The notes below the pieces were generated by a model. It made no database searches and was not told the origin of the DNA. It worked only from the letters and a program-made list of their open reading frames with translations. A stretch of 64,000 nucleotides of DNA from Noviherbaspirillum sp. (GTDB lineage Bacteria; Pseudomonadota; Gammaproteobacteria; Burkholderiales; Burkholderiaceae_D), in NCBI RefSeq assembly GCF_035254865.1, contig NZ_DATFAF010000026.1:923-64922 (forward strand), given 5' to 3'. Below, in pieces: positions 1 to 9,210 of the stretch. Position numbers and translations under genes: made by a program. Each line of letters begins with the position of its first letter. Position 1 is the stretch's first letter.

Positions 1-435
1 GGCCGTCATGCGCAAAGCCACTGGGACTTCTACATGCATCTGCGCGAAGGCGACAACGAGTCGGCGGAAGAACATCGCAAGTTCTATGACGAGTACAACG
101 CCGTGCTCGACATGCCGGCCGAGTATTACCTCGAGACCATCAAGACCGTGTTCCAGGAGTTCCGTCTGCCGCTCGGCACCTGGGAGGTCGAAGGCAAGCT
201 GGTGCGTCCGCAGGACATCAAGAACGTGGCGCTGCTGACCATTGAGGGCGAACTGGACGATATTTCCGGCGTCGGCCAGACGCAGGCGGCGCATGATCTG
301 TGCTCCAGCATTCCGAAGTCGAAAAAACATCACTTCACTGCGGAAAAATGCGGTCACTACGGTATTTTCGCCGGCCGCCGCTGGCGCGAGATCATTTGCC
401 CGAAGATCGGCGAATTCATCAAGACGAATTCCTGA
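1..435 (+). CDS. phaZ: intracellular polyhydroxyalkanoate depolymerase, C-terminal part (5' end lies outside the window)
   Basis: Frame 1 is open from base 1 to the TGA at 433-435. The tail ...[20 protein letters not shown]...[18 protein letters not shown] is recognised as the C-terminus of intracellular PHB depolymerases. Confidence 0.7.
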   Translation, partial: GRHAQSHWDFYMHLREGDNESAEEHRKFYDEYNAVLDMPAEYYLETIKTVFQEFRLPLGTWEVEGKLVRPQDIKNVALLTIEGELDDISGVGQTQAAHDLCSSIPKSKKHHFTAEKCGHYGIFAGRRWREIICPKIGEFIKTNS

Positions 436-456
436 TCAGCCCTTCCCCGCAGGAGA

Positions 457-490
457 AAGCCGTTCCCCGACCGGGCGAACGGCTTTTTTA
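457..490 (+). terminator. rho-independent terminator after phaZ
   Basis: AAGCCGTTC (457-465) pairs with GAACGGCTT (477-485) and is followed by a T-run to 490. Confidence 0.7.
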
Positions 491-547
491 TTTATAGCCC
501 GCGTGGTTTGTCGGATAATCCTGCTTTTACTTCCTGCAAAACCTGCC

Positions 548-1336
548 GTGTCATCAAACGCCAAATCGCTGGCCGACCAGATCGAAGACCTGTTGCCGCA
601 AACGCAATGCACCAAATGCGGCTATCCTGCCTGCCGTCCCTACGCGGAGGCTGTCGCGAGCGGCGCGGCCGGATACAACCAGTGCCCTCCCGGCGGCGCC
701 GAAGGCATCGCCCGGCTCGCCAGGCTGCTGGGCAAGCTAGTCATTCCGCTCAATCCCGTCAATGGCGTGGAACGGCCGCGCCCGGTCGCCGTCATCGACG
801 AATCCTTGTGCATCGGCTGCACACTCTGCATCCAGGCCTGTCCGGTTGATGCCATCATCGGCGCGGCCAAGCAGATGCATACCGTGGTGCCAGACCTGTG
901 CACCGGTTGCGATCTGTGTGTTGCGCCCTGCCCGGTCGACTGCATTGCGATGGTCGATGTCACGCCAGGGAAAACCGGCTGGGATGCATGGTCTCAGGCG
1001 CAGGCGGACGCGGCCCGCGCGCGGCACAATGCCCATGTGTTCCGCCTGCGACGCGACAAGGAAGAAAACGATGCGCGCCTCGCTGCCAAAGCTGCAGCCA
1101 AACTCAAGGCGGTAGAAGCCGAATCGACGCTGACGCCGGATGAAAAGGCGGCACAGGAGCGCAAGAAAGCGATCATTCAGGCGGCGATGGAACGTGCGCG
1201 CCAGAAGAAGGAGCAGATGGCCGCACAGGCCGCAGGCGCGACAGGCACCATAGGCGTGAGTGATGTCTCGCGCTCGGTAAAGAAGCAGATTGAAGAAATC
1301 AACGTCAAACTCGAAGACGTGAAAGACAACTCATGA
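548..1336 (+). CDS. RnfB-like 4Fe-4S ferredoxin / electron transport protein
   Basis: N-terminal [11 protein letters not shown] motif plus two CxxCxxCxxxCP motifs ([24 protein letters not shown]). The 242-547 part of the ORF overlaps phaZ, so I chose the in-frame GTG at 548; this start is uncertain. The stop overlaps the nth start (ATGA). Confidence 0.7.
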   Translation: MSSNAKSLADQIEDLLPQTQCTKCGYPACRPYAEAVASGAAGYNQCPPGGAEGIARLARLLGKLVIPLNPVNGVERPRPVAVIDESLCIGCTLCIQACPVDAIIGAAKQMHTVVPDLCTGCDLCVAPCPVDCIAMVDVTPGKTGWDAWSQAQADAARARHNAHVFRLRRDKEENDARLAAKAAAKLKAVEAESTLTPDEKAAQERKKAIIQAAMERARQKKEQMAAQAAGATGTIGVSDVSRSVKKQIEEINVKLEDVKDNS

Positions 1337-1983
1337 ACGCCGAAAAGCGCCTCGAGATTTTCAAACGTTTCCGCAAGGCGAATCCGCATCCGACAACGGA
1401 GCTGGAATTCACGACGCCATTCGAACTGCTGATTTCCGTGATCCTGTCTGCGCAAGCGACCGACGTCTCGGTCAACAAGGCCACGCGGCGGCTGTATCCG
1501 GTTGCCAACACGCCGGCGAAGATCTATGCCTTGGGGGTGGAGGGACTGACCGAATACATTCGCACCATCGGCCTGTATCGCACCAAGGCGAAGAATGTGA
1601 TCGAAACCTGCCGTATCCTGCTTGAACAGCATCATGGCGAAGTACCGCGCTCGCGCGAAGCATTGCAGGCCCTACCCGGCGTCGGCCGCAAGACCGCGAA
1701 CGTGGTCCTCAACACCGCATTCGGCGAGCCGACCATTGCTGTCGATACGCATATCTTCCGGGTATCCAACCGCACCGGCATCGCGCCGGGCAAGAACGTG
1801 GATGAGGTCGAGCAAAAGCTGCTGAAATACGTGCCGGAGGAATTCCGGCACGACGCGCATCATTGGCTGATCCTGCACGGCCGCTACATCTGCGTTGCAC
1901 GCAAGCCGCAATGCTGGAACTGCCTCATCGCCGATCTGTGCGAGTACAAGGACAAGACGCCCTTGCCGGAGAAAGGCGTTTGA
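1333..1983 (+). CDS. nth: endonuclease III
   Basis: Full-length similarity to Nth: HhH region [13 protein letters not shown] and a C-terminal CX6CX2CX5C cluster ([17 protein letters not shown]). Confidence 0.93.
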   Translation: MNAEKRLEIFKRFRKANPHPTTELEFTTPFELLISVILSAQATDVSVNKATRRLYPVANTPAKIYALGVEGLTEYIRTIGLYRTKAKNVIETCRILLEQHHGEVPRSREALQALPGVGRKTANVVLNTAFGEPTIAVDTHIFRVSNRTGIAPGKNVDEVEQKLLKYVPEEFRHDAHHWLILHGRYICVARKPQCWNCLIADLCEYKDKTPLPEKGV

Positions 1984-2011
1984 CCGCGCAGGCGGCGCGG
2001 CAAACCTTCCC

Positions 2012-2608
2012 TTAATCGATCCTGCACGCTTCCTCGAACGCGAGGCGCGGCCCTCTGGGATACAGCTTGCTTGTGTCGCCGTAGCCGAGGCTGCACACGA
2101 AGTTTGCCTTGATCGGGGTGCCGGAGAAAAAGGCTTCATTGATCCTGGCCGCATCGAAGCCCGACATCGGCGCGCAGTCCAGTCCGAGCGACCGCGCAGC
2201 CATGATAAGGTAGGCACCCTGCAAGGATGAATTGCGCATGGCAGTGTTCGCGATCACTTCCGGCTTGCCCGCGAACCAGGAACGTGCACTTGGATTGTGC
2301 GGAAACAATTGCGGCAATTTTTCGTAAAACTCCATGTCCATGCCGATGATCGCGGTGACGGGTGCCGTCCTCGTCTTTTCAAGATTTCCCGGGTCCATGC
2401 AAGCCAGCAGCTTTTCCTTCGCCTCCGGCGACTGCACGAAGACGATCCGTGCCGGGCTGCAGTTGGCCGAGGTCGGCCCCCATTTCATCAAATCGTAAAT
2501 CTGGCGCAATTGCTCGTCGGAGACCGGCATGTCGCGCCAGCCGTTGTGGGTCCGCGCAGTGCGGAACAGAGTATCGAGTGCAGTATCATTCAACATGATG
2601 AGTTCCAT
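2012..2608 (-). CDS. RutE-like nitroreductase family protein (malonic semialdehyde reductase-like)
   Basis: [14 protein letters not shown]...[16 protein letters not shown]... matches the RutE/nitroreductase family. The start may be at 2608 (MELIM) or 2596. Confidence 0.7.
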   Translation of the reverse strand: MELIMLNDTALDTLFRTARTHNGWRDMPVSDEQLRQIYDLMKWGPTSANCSPARIVFVQSPEAKEKLLACMDPGNLEKTRTAPVTAIIGMDMEFYEKLPQLFPHNPSARSWFAGKPEVIANTAMRNSSLQGAYLIMAARSLGLDCAPMSGFDAARINEAFFSGTPIKANFVCSLGYGDTSKLYPRGPRLAFEEACRID

Positions 2609-2732
2609 TTTTGATGGTTCGGTTTTCCTCGCGCTCGTGATGCAAGGAATGTTTCCCATGTTATAGGAATCCGCGCTGCCGAGCTTGTGCCGGTACAATA
2701 TGCGGCTTTCCTCTGCTTCATTTTCCTGAACG

Positions 2733-3155
2733 ATGTTTAACCCTTCGCAGCACGACGTTCGACGTTTTTTTTGCGAAACCTATCGCAAGACCAGAGCCAA
2801 TGAGATCCTGACGCCCATGGAGGCCGTCGCGCGTGACTGGATCATGCAGCACGAGGAATATTGGGAAGCGCTGGCCGAGGTGGAGGCGGCATTGGCGAAG
2901 GATTACTCTGTGGAGAGCGGACAAACCAATCCGTTTCTGCATCTGGCCATGCATTTGTCGATCGCCGAACAAATCTCGATCGACCAGCCCAAGGGTATAC
3001 GCGCCGCCTTCCTGTCGCTGGCGCAAAGGCTGGGTTCCGAGCACGAGGCACATCATCAGATGATGGAATGCCTCGGCGAGATGATCTGGAATTCGCAGCG
3101 CAATGGTTTGCCTCCGGACGGCGTCGCGTATGTCGAATGCGTGAAGCGCCGCTGA
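2733..3155 (+). CDS. DUF1841 family protein
   Basis: The 140-aa protein with [13 protein letters not shown] and [13 protein letters not shown] motifs is typical of DUF1841. Confidence 0.6.
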   Translation: MFNPSQHDVRRFFCETYRKTRANEILTPMEAVARDWIMQHEEYWEALAEVEAALAKDYSVESGQTNPFLHLAMHLSIAEQISIDQPKGIRAAFLSLAQRLGSEHEAHHQMMECLGEMIWNSQRNGLPPDGVAYVECVKRR

Positions 3156-3210
3156 GCACGGCTCGGCGAAACCAGGGCGATCCCGCAGGAACGCCCTCTG
3201 CAAACGTTTA

Positions 3211-3717
3211 TCAATCGACCTTTACCGTCCGCTTGTGCGGTTTGTCTTCTTCCATCTTGGGAAGTTCCACCCGCAACACGCCATTCTTGTAACTGGCCTT
3301 GGCCTGGTCAGCCAGAACAGGGGCATGCAGGGGAACGACACGCCGGAAGCTGCCGTACGCGCATTGCAGCACGCGATACCGCCCTTCCGTGTCTTCCCGC
3401 TCGAAGCGTTTTTCCCCTCGCACGATCAGGGCATCTCCTTGCACTTCGATGTCCAGGTCGTTCTTGTCCAGGCCAGGCACCTCAATGCGCACAACCAGGC
3501 GCTTGTCGTCTTCGAACACATCGCCGCCGAGCATCGACCAGCCCATCGAAGGAATGAAAAACGCATCGTCGATATCGCTCTTGGCGGGAAGATTCGTCTG
3601 TACGCTGGGCTTGAATCCGGTGATCGCACTGGAGGCCGATTGACGCAGATGCTGCCAGCCTTCAGCGACCGAATCCCAGAAAGACGACCAGCCTTGCTTG
3701 ATCTCTTCGAGTCTCAT
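3211..3717 (-). CDS. Hsp20/alpha-crystallin small heat-shock protein (third of three, Trp-rich N-terminus)
   Basis: Alpha-crystallin domain with the C-terminal GVLRVELPK motif. ATG at 3717 is preceded by a GGAGG RBS. Confidence 0.85.
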   Translation of the reverse strand: MRLEEIKQGWSSFWDSVAEGWQHLRQSASSAITGFKPSVQTNLPAKSDIDDAFFIPSMGWSMLGGDVFEDDKRLVVRIEVPGLDKNDLDIEVQGDALIVRGEKRFEREDTEGRYRVLQCAYGSFRRVVPLHAPVLADQAKASYKNGVLRVELPKMEEDKPHKRTVKVD

Positions 3718-3764
3718 CGCTTTCCTCCATTGAATCAAAAGACTGCCGCCGCAACGGCCGTCAA

Positions 3765-4148
3765 TCAAGCAACCCTGATGTCGATCTTGCGCGGCTGGGC
3801 ATGTTCGGCCTTCGGAATGCGCAGCTTGAGCACGCCGTTCTTGAATTCCGCCGATGCCTTTTCGCTGTCCAGTTCGCGCGACAAGGTAAACACGCGGCGA
3901 TAGCGCGGCAGCCTGACCTCAACATGGCTCGATTCGATTTCCGTCGGCGCGTTCAGCTCCACTTCGCCTTCGATCGTCAGCGTTTCCGCTTCCAGTTGCA
4001 GGTTCAGCTTGTCCTTCGGCACACCCGGGAGATCGGCAAACAAGGTGATACCGGAAGCGTCTTCGATCACATCGACCGGCGGCAGCAATGCCGCCTCGGA
4101 ACGGACATTTCCGTTCGTCGTTTTCGTCACATTCGTGTTCTCGTTCAT
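3765..4148 (-). CDS. Hsp20 family small heat-shock protein (second)
   Basis: Alpha-crystallin domain (LTIEGEV..., GVLKLRIPK). ATG at 4148 has a GGAGGAAACA RBS. Confidence 0.85.
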   Translation of the reverse strand: MNENTNVTKTTNGNVRSEAALLPPVDVIEDASGITLFADLPGVPKDKLNLQLEAETLTIEGEVELNAPTEIESSHVEVRLPRYRRVFTLSRELDSEKASAEFKNGVLKLRIPKAEHAQPRKIDIRVA

Positions 4149-4164
4149 GATGTTTCCTCCTTGC

Positions 4165-4608
4165 TTACTGAATGGAAATACGGCGCGGCTGGGCAGATTC
4201 ACGGCGCTTGATGCTGATGTGCAGCACGCCGTCCTTGTACTGCGCGGAGACGCCGCTCGGATTGACATCGTCTTCCGGCAGATTGACTACACGCCGGAAA
4301 GGTCCGGCAAAGCGCTCGTTGATGTGTACCGCAGCCTTCTGGTTTTCGCCAGGCAGATCAGCCGCACGCTCGCCTGAAATCGTGAGTACGCCGCGCTCCA
4401 GCTGGACCTCGATGCTGGCCGGATCCAGCCCGGGCGCAAATGCGTACAACTCCACCGATTGCTGCGTGCCGCCCACGTTCAGCGCCGGGAAGCCGCCTCG
4501 GCCGATACCGCGGATACTCGGCCCGGTTTCAATCGCCTGCTGCATTTCACGTTGCAGCCGGTCAAGTTCGGCAAACACGTCGCGAGGGAATATCGATCGA
4601 TACATCAT
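4165..4608 (-). CDS. Hsp20 family small heat-shock protein (first)
   Basis: Alpha-crystallin domain (LTISGER..., GVLHISIKR). ATGATG at 4608 has an AGGAGG RBS. Confidence 0.85.
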   Translation of the reverse strand: MMYRSIFPRDVFAELDRLQREMQQAIETGPSIRGIGRGGFPALNVGGTQQSVELYAFAPGLDPASIEVQLERGVLTISGERAADLPGENQKAAVHINERFAGPFRRVVNLPEDDVNPSGVSAQYKDGVLHISIKRRESAQPRRISIQ

Positions 4609-4706
4609 TTCGTCCTCCTGTCATGTCGGGTTTCGCAAAGATGGCCGACTTCGTGGGCAGTCGACCGGTATGGTCAACATATGTGCCGATGAAAGGAATT
4701 CAATAC

Positions 4707-4735
4707 CTTGATTTGAGGCTGGTCCGGCACCATTA
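4707..4735 (+). promoter_or_regulatory. sigma32-like heat-shock promoter candidate for cbpA-cbpM
   Basis: CTTGATT (4707-4713), a 14-nt spacer, then CACCATTA (4728-4735). Compare the E. coli-type consensus CTTGAAA-N13/14-CCCCATNT. Confidence 0.45.
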
Positions 4736-4775
4736 TGGAAACAGGCGAAGCAACAAAAGTAGAAGGAGAATCCGC

Positions 4776-5714
4776 TTGGAATTCAAGGACTACTACCAGA
4801 CACTGGGCGTTGCCCGGGATGCGGCGGCGGACGAGATCAAGAAATCTTTCCGCCGTCTTGCGCGCAAATACCATCCGGACGTCTCGAAGGAGCCGGATGC
4901 GGAAGCGCGCATGAAGGAACTCAATGAGGCTTTCGCGGTGCTGTCGGATCCCGAAAAACGGGTGGCCTATGACCAGCTTGGGCAGCGCCATCATGCCGGA
5001 GAGGAATTCCGTCCGCCACCGGACTGGGATGCCGGCTTCGAATTCTCCGGACGGGGCTTTTCCGGCCCGGAAGGCGCCGATTTCAGCGACTTCTTTTCCG
5101 AGTTGTTCGGCGGCCGCATGCGCGGCGCGAGCGGTGCGCATTTTCACGCTCGCGGTGAAGATCATCATGCGAAGGTCATGCTTGACCTGGAAGACGCCTA
5201 CCACGGTGCCTCGCGGACATTGTCATTGCGCGTTCCACGCACCGACCAGCACGGTCGCGTGACGCTGGCGGAGCACACGCTCGATGTGCGCATTCCGAAG
5301 GGCGTTCGCGAAGGCCAGCTCATCCGCCTTGCCGGACAAGGAGCGCAAGGCTCCGGCGGAGGGCAAGCGGGCGATCTGTACCTGGAGGTGCACTTCAATC
5401 CGCATTCGCGCTATCGCATCGAGGGACGGGATGTTTATGCAAGCCTGCCGATTGCGCCCTGGGAGGCGGCTTTGGGTGCAAGCGTCAAGGCGCCCGTTCC
5501 GGATGGCACCGTCGAGATACGCATTCCCGAAGGGTCGCAGTCAGGCCGCAAACTGCGCCTGAAGGGCCGCGGAATCCCGGGGTCGCCGCCGGGCGACCTC
5601 TATCTTGTGATGGAAGTCGTCGTCCCCCCCGCCGACAATCCGAAGGCGCGCGACTTTTATCAGACCATGGCACGCGAACTCGCGTTCAACCCACGTCAGG
5701 CATTGGGAGTGTGA
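4776..5714 (+). CDS. cbpA: curved-DNA-binding DnaJ-like co-chaperone
   Basis: J-domain DYYQTLGV...KKSFRRLARKYHPD with C-terminal DnaJ_C repeats and no zinc finger. TTG start at 4776, 6 nt after AGGAGA. It is followed by cbpM. Confidence 0.85.
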   Translation: MEFKDYYQTLGVARDAAADEIKKSFRRLARKYHPDVSKEPDAEARMKELNEAFAVLSDPEKRVAYDQLGQRHHAGEEFRPPPDWDAGFEFSGRGFSGPEGADFSDFFSELFGGRMRGASGAHFHARGEDHHAKVMLDLEDAYHGASRTLSLRVPRTDQHGRVTLAEHTLDVRIPKGVREGQLIRLAGQGAQGSGGGQAGDLYLEVHFNPHSRYRIEGRDVYASLPIAPWEAALGASVKAPVPDGTVEIRIPEGSQSGRKLRLKGRGIPGSPPGDLYLVMEVVVPPADNPKARDFYQTMARELAFNPRQALGV

Positions 5715-5717
5715 ACG

Positions 5718-6029
5718 ATGGCGCAAGAACTGATTGGACTGCTCATGGAGGATGTCCGGCTCTCAGTGGACGAGCTTGCGGCAAGTTGTACGGTCAGCCG
5801 GGAATGGATCGTCGAGCATGTGCAGGCAGGCGTGCTTGCCGTCCAGAACGAACAGGATCCAAGCCGCTGGTCCTTCACCGGACAGGACTTGTTGCGCACG
5901 CGCCGCCTTTATGAACTGGAGCGCAATTTCGACGCCAATCCCGAATTGGCCGGATTGGTGGCCGATCTCTTCGACGAACTGGAACGGCTGCGCGCCCGAT
6001 TGCGGGGTGCGGGATTGCCGATGGATTGA
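5718..6029 (+). CDS. cbpM: chaperone-modulator protein (MerR-like)
   Basis: 103-aa protein starting 4 nt after the cbpA stop, with the typical size, position and C-terminal LVADLFDELERLR helix. Confidence 0.75.
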   Translation: MAQELIGLLMEDVRLSVDELAASCTVSREWIVEHVQAGVLAVQNEQDPSRWSFTGQDLLRTRRLYELERNFDANPELAGLVADLFDELERLRARLRGAGLPMD

Positions 6030-6055
6030 GTTTCCCGCTGCTCATTCCAAAAAGC

Positions 6056-6082
6056 AAAAAGCCACGACAAGCGTGGCTTTTT
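6056..6082. terminator. bidirectional rho-independent terminator (cbpM / cytochrome c convergent ends)
   Basis: AAAAA, GCCACG (6061-6066), loop, CGTGGC (6072-6077), TTTTT. Confidence 0.8.
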
Positions 6083-6103
6083 GCATAGCAGGTGTGTGCG
6101 GGC

Positions 6104-6448
6104 TTACTTGCGCAGTACCAGCGAGCCCGGCAGGCTGTGCAGGTAGGCGGCGATATTCTGGATATCCGCTCTCGACAGCTGCTTGGCTTGTCCGCCCATG
6201 ATCGCGTTGCCGCGTCCATTGGCGCCGTCCGCGCCGCGCTGGTAGGCGATCAGCGCATGCTCCAGATAATCCTGGTGCTGACCTGCCAGCTTCGGATAGC
6301 TCGGATCGACCGGCGAGTTGAAATCCTTGCCATGGCAGGCGGCACAATTGAATTTTTCCGTGGCGGCCTTGCCGGCGTCGATATTGCCGCCCGCAAAGGC
6401 GTTAAACGACATCAGTACGGCCGCGCCTGCGAGAATCTTCTTCATCAT
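6104..6448 (-). CDS. class I monohaem cytochrome c
   Basis: Signal peptide MMKKILAGAAVLMSFNAFA, CAACH haem motif and a distal Met (AIMGG). Confidence 0.85.
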   Translation of the reverse strand: MMKKILAGAAVLMSFNAFAGGNIDAGKAATEKFNCAACHGKDFNSPVDPSYPKLAGQHQDYLEHALIAYQRGADGANGRGNAIMGGQAKQLSRADIQNIAAYLHSLPGSLVLRK

Positions 6449-6456
6449 GGGTCCCC

Positions 6457-6777
6457 TTATTTCTGCTGAGCGTAATAAGCCGCGACGTCGGCGATATCCT
6501 GATCCGACAGGCCGGCCGCGATGCCGCGCATGCTGGGGTTCTTGCGATCGCCTTTCTTGTAGGCGTTGAGCGCGCTTTGGATGTACTTGGCGTTCTGACC
6601 GCCCAGCATCGGAACCTGGTACACCTCGGGGAATGAAGCCTTGTAGCCCGGGATGCCGTGGCAGCCGATGCACATTGCAACCTTGTTTTCTGCTGCCTTG
6701 GCGTTGCCGACGACGTCCGCGGCTGCGGCGACGCTTGCAAGACCAGCGAGCGCGAGGAACGCAAATAGTTTTTTCAT
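6457..6777 (-). CDS. class I monohaem cytochrome c
   Basis: Signal peptide MKKLFAFLALAGLASVAAA, CIGCH motif and SMRGIA distal Met. Confidence 0.85.
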   Translation of the reverse strand: MKKLFAFLALAGLASVAAAADVVGNAKAAENKVAMCIGCHGIPGYKASFPEVYQVPMLGGQNAKYIQSALNAYKKGDRKNPSMRGIAAGLSDQDIADVAAYYAQQK

Positions 6778-6956
6778 GGTAGCTGGGAATAAATGAGTAC
6801 AAGATTCATAAACCTATCCGCAAGAAATCCAGCCCGCGAAAACCGGCTCGAATCACTTACGGATAGGCTTTTGGCGCGTTTTGTAGGTGTTGCTCCGACG
6901 CACCAAATCGCCTAATTCTACATTGATATTGCCGGATCGTCCACGGCGCCCCAGAT

Positions 6957-9107
6957 TCATGAGCGCCCGCTCTTGGATTGCCTGAGGTCTTCCTCCGCTT
7001 CGCCGGGAGCTGCCGGGGATGACGACGTTGGGAGCACGGTGACGCTTGCCAGGCTCTTCTCGGGAAGCAGGAAGAAACGCGGCGAACCGATAAAGCGCTT
7101 CAGCACTGCACGAAAAGCCACGCGCCTGACCCGCATCGGCACGTCGCGCGCATGCAAGGCCAGTCCCAATGCACACCCGAAAGCCACGCCGATGTTCAGT
7201 ATTCCGGTCAAGGTAACGCCACCGACGGCCAGCCAGAAGTCTGTCGTGGTCACCGCGCTCCAGCCGAGGCCGCTGACTGCGGCTGCAAGCGTGCCGGTCG
7301 CCAGCGTCACGTGCCGCACGTCGAGCGGCAGGCCGAAGAATTGAAGCAGTACCGGCGACATCCCCAAGAGCAGCGCCAGAGAGAGATTGCCGACAATGCC
7401 GGCCACATGCCGCTCCAGCCAATTGGCCAGGCGCTCTACCCTTGCCTGACCGAGCGCGTGAACCAGACGTCGATGATGCGCCATCGCTTCACGCATGTTG
7501 TGCAGCGCGAACCAATTGTCGGCGAATCCGGCGCTCAGGCTCGATAGCCAGAGCAAGACGCCAGTGAAGGCGGCAAATACCGGCGTGACGCCAAGCATCG
7601 ACAGTCCCTGCAGGCTGGCATGGGCCTTTTCCGGCTCCATGATCGGGTTTCCAGAGACCAGCCAGAACAGCAGGGAAACCGCGGTCATGGCGGGGACGAT
7701 GGACACCACATTGCCGAACACTGCAGCCGCCTGCGCGCGCAACAGGCCGGCAATTTCATCGAGAAGCTTGCGCATGCCGTCTGCAGTGCCGAGTGCCTGC
7801 ATCTTTGATGCGAGCGTCGGTGCGGTAATCGCCGGCTGCCTGGCGGCCAGCGTCCCGCCAAGCGCGGAAATCGCGAGAAAGCCGGCCGCATAGTTCAGTG
7901 AGACGAACACACCTTCGAAAAAGCGGGCAACGCCGGCCGCAGGAATCGCCGCCTTCAGCAGCACGGTAAACACACTGACCACGCCGCCGCGGCAGGCGGC
8001 CTTGAACATCGCCCAGTACTCGGCGCGATCACGCGCGGCATATTGTTCGCCGCGATCGGCATTGCGCTCGACCATCTTGCGAGCCAGCAGGGAAAAACTG
8101 CGGCTGATCAGGCCGCGAACCGACGAGCGCCGGTGATGCGCCTCGATCAGGTCGACCAGCAGCGCCTGCACCGGCGCCGTCAATTGCGCATCCGGCGGTG
8201 CCGAGCGCAAGTCGATCAGCCGCGCCATCCGCGTGAGCTGCGCCCGCATCCGCTCGACTCGGTAAACCAGCCCAACCGACACGCCGTATTCGTCAAGATG
8301 CATGTAGATGCGATCGGTTTGCGCCTGGCATACCGCGACCAGCATGCGTACGCTGCGCAATGCCGCTTCATCATGCGCTCCGGCCATCAGGTATTTTTCC
8401 AGTTCGCGCTGCAGGGCCATGAACGGGGTCGCCTTCAAGGGTACATGCGGCTCCAATCGCTGCCGGAATTCCGGGCTGATGCCGACCGCGATGATCATCG
8501 ATACCAGGTAGGTCAGCGCTTCATCGATCTGCTGAACAAAGTTGTGCGCGATGCCGTCGTCGGCGCAGAGCTTCCAGACGCGCACCAGGGTCTTGTGGTC
8601 CAGTCCGATCAGCCACTCGGCATCGGACGGGTCCGGGAACATCGCCGTAAACAAGGTGGACAGATCGCGTCGCGACGGCGCTTTCGGCAGCAGTGCCTTG
8701 CCGACGCGTTCCGACAGTTCGCCAAAAAATGCCGGTTCGTGCGGCAAACCCGTGGCGCAGAACAGTTCCGGGCCGACCGCTTCGCGCAAGGTCTTTTGCA
8801 GAGTCGTCTGCACCACCCGTCGCACCTCGCGGTGGCTGTCCAGCCAGTCGAGCAGGAAACGGGTGCGTTGATGCTTGATGCGTCTCCACGCGTGCGCGTC
8901 AAGATTCGATCGCGGCGGATCGCGTCTGAGCCAATCGGCCACATCAGTCATCCAGTTCGCGCGTTCGGTCCAGGCCGCGAATGGGTTGGCGCGCCGCATC
9001 AGCACCTCGATCTGGGCAATGTATTGCAGGTGATGCTCATTATGACGGGGTGATGTCCGGCGAAAACGTCGCCACATCACCCATAGCTTCAACAGGGAAA
9101 TTTTCAT
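6957..9107 (-). CDS. polytopic membrane protein of the 'putative site-specific recombinase' family (PF10136-like, from memory)
   Basis: 716 aa: a soluble N-terminal half followed by at least 5 long hydrophobic segments. I see no Tyr/Ser recombinase motifs. The family call is from recollection of similarly annotated Burkholderiales proteins. Confidence 0.55.
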   Translation of the reverse strand: MKISLLKLWVMWRRFRRTSPRHNEHHLQYIAQIEVLMRRANPFAAWTERANWMTDVADWLRRDPPRSNLDAHAWRRIKHQRTRFLLDWLDSHREVRRVVQTTLQKTLREAVGPELFCATGLPHEPAFFGELSERVGKALLPKAPSRRDLSTLFTAMFPDPSDAEWLIGLDHKTLVRVWKLCADDGIAHNFVQQIDEALTYLVSMIIAVGISPEFRQRLEPHVPLKATPFMALQRELEKYLMAGAHDEAALRSVRMLVAVCQAQTDRIYMHLDEYGVSVGLVYRVERMRAQLTRMARLIDLRSAPPDAQLTAPVQALLVDLIEAHHRRSSVRGLISRSFSLLARKMVERNADRGEQYAARDRAEYWAMFKAACRGGVVSVFTVLLKAAIPAAGVARFFEGVFVSLNYAAGFLAISALGGTLAARQPAITAPTLASKMQALGTADGMRKLLDEIAGLLRAQAAAVFGNVVSIVPAMTAVSLLFWLVSGNPIMEPEKAHASLQGLSMLGVTPVFAAFTGVLLWLSSLSAGFADNWFALHNMREAMAHHRRLVHALGQARVERLANWLERHVAGIVGNLSLALLLGMSPVLLQFFGLPLDVRHVTLATGTLAAAVSGLGWSAVTTTDFWLAVGGVTLTGILNIGVAFGCALGLALHARDVPMRVRRVAFRAVLKRFIGSPRFFLLPEKSLASVTVLPTSSSPAAPGEAEEDLRQSKSGRS

Positions 9108-9210
9108 GGAATACTTAAAATGCAGGGGGAAAAGGCGTGGCTGCGATTCCAGCCTGGATTATCTTTCTCGCTTATACTTGGTTTTATTTTCATCTTGATG
9201 ACACAACGCT

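Noticed and set aside
242-547. N-terminal 102-codon extension of the RnfB-like ORF.
   Set aside because: It overlaps the 3' end of phaZ in another frame and is Arg/Ser-rich nonsense. Homologues start just before [14 protein letters not shown], so I used the GTG at 548.
4609-4706. Sigma32 or sigma70 promoter for the Hsp20 operon.
   Set aside because: The best candidates have poor -10 matches or wrong spacing. These are TTGACC-14-CCCACGAA (plus-strand 4650-4677) and TTGAAT...CATAT. I do not report a promoter here.
6104-6802. Single 232-aa ORF across the cytochrome c region.
   Set aside because: Only its C-terminal 114 aa (from MMKKIL) is cytochrome-like. The upstream part overlaps, in another frame, the second genuine cytochrome c gene (6457-6777).
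6812-6868. ACCTATCCG...CGGATAGGC inverted repeat with a 39-nt loop downstream of the recombinase-family gene.
   Set aside because: The loop is too large for a canonical intrinsic terminator and has no clear U-tract on the relevant strand. It might be structural, but I cannot support a call.
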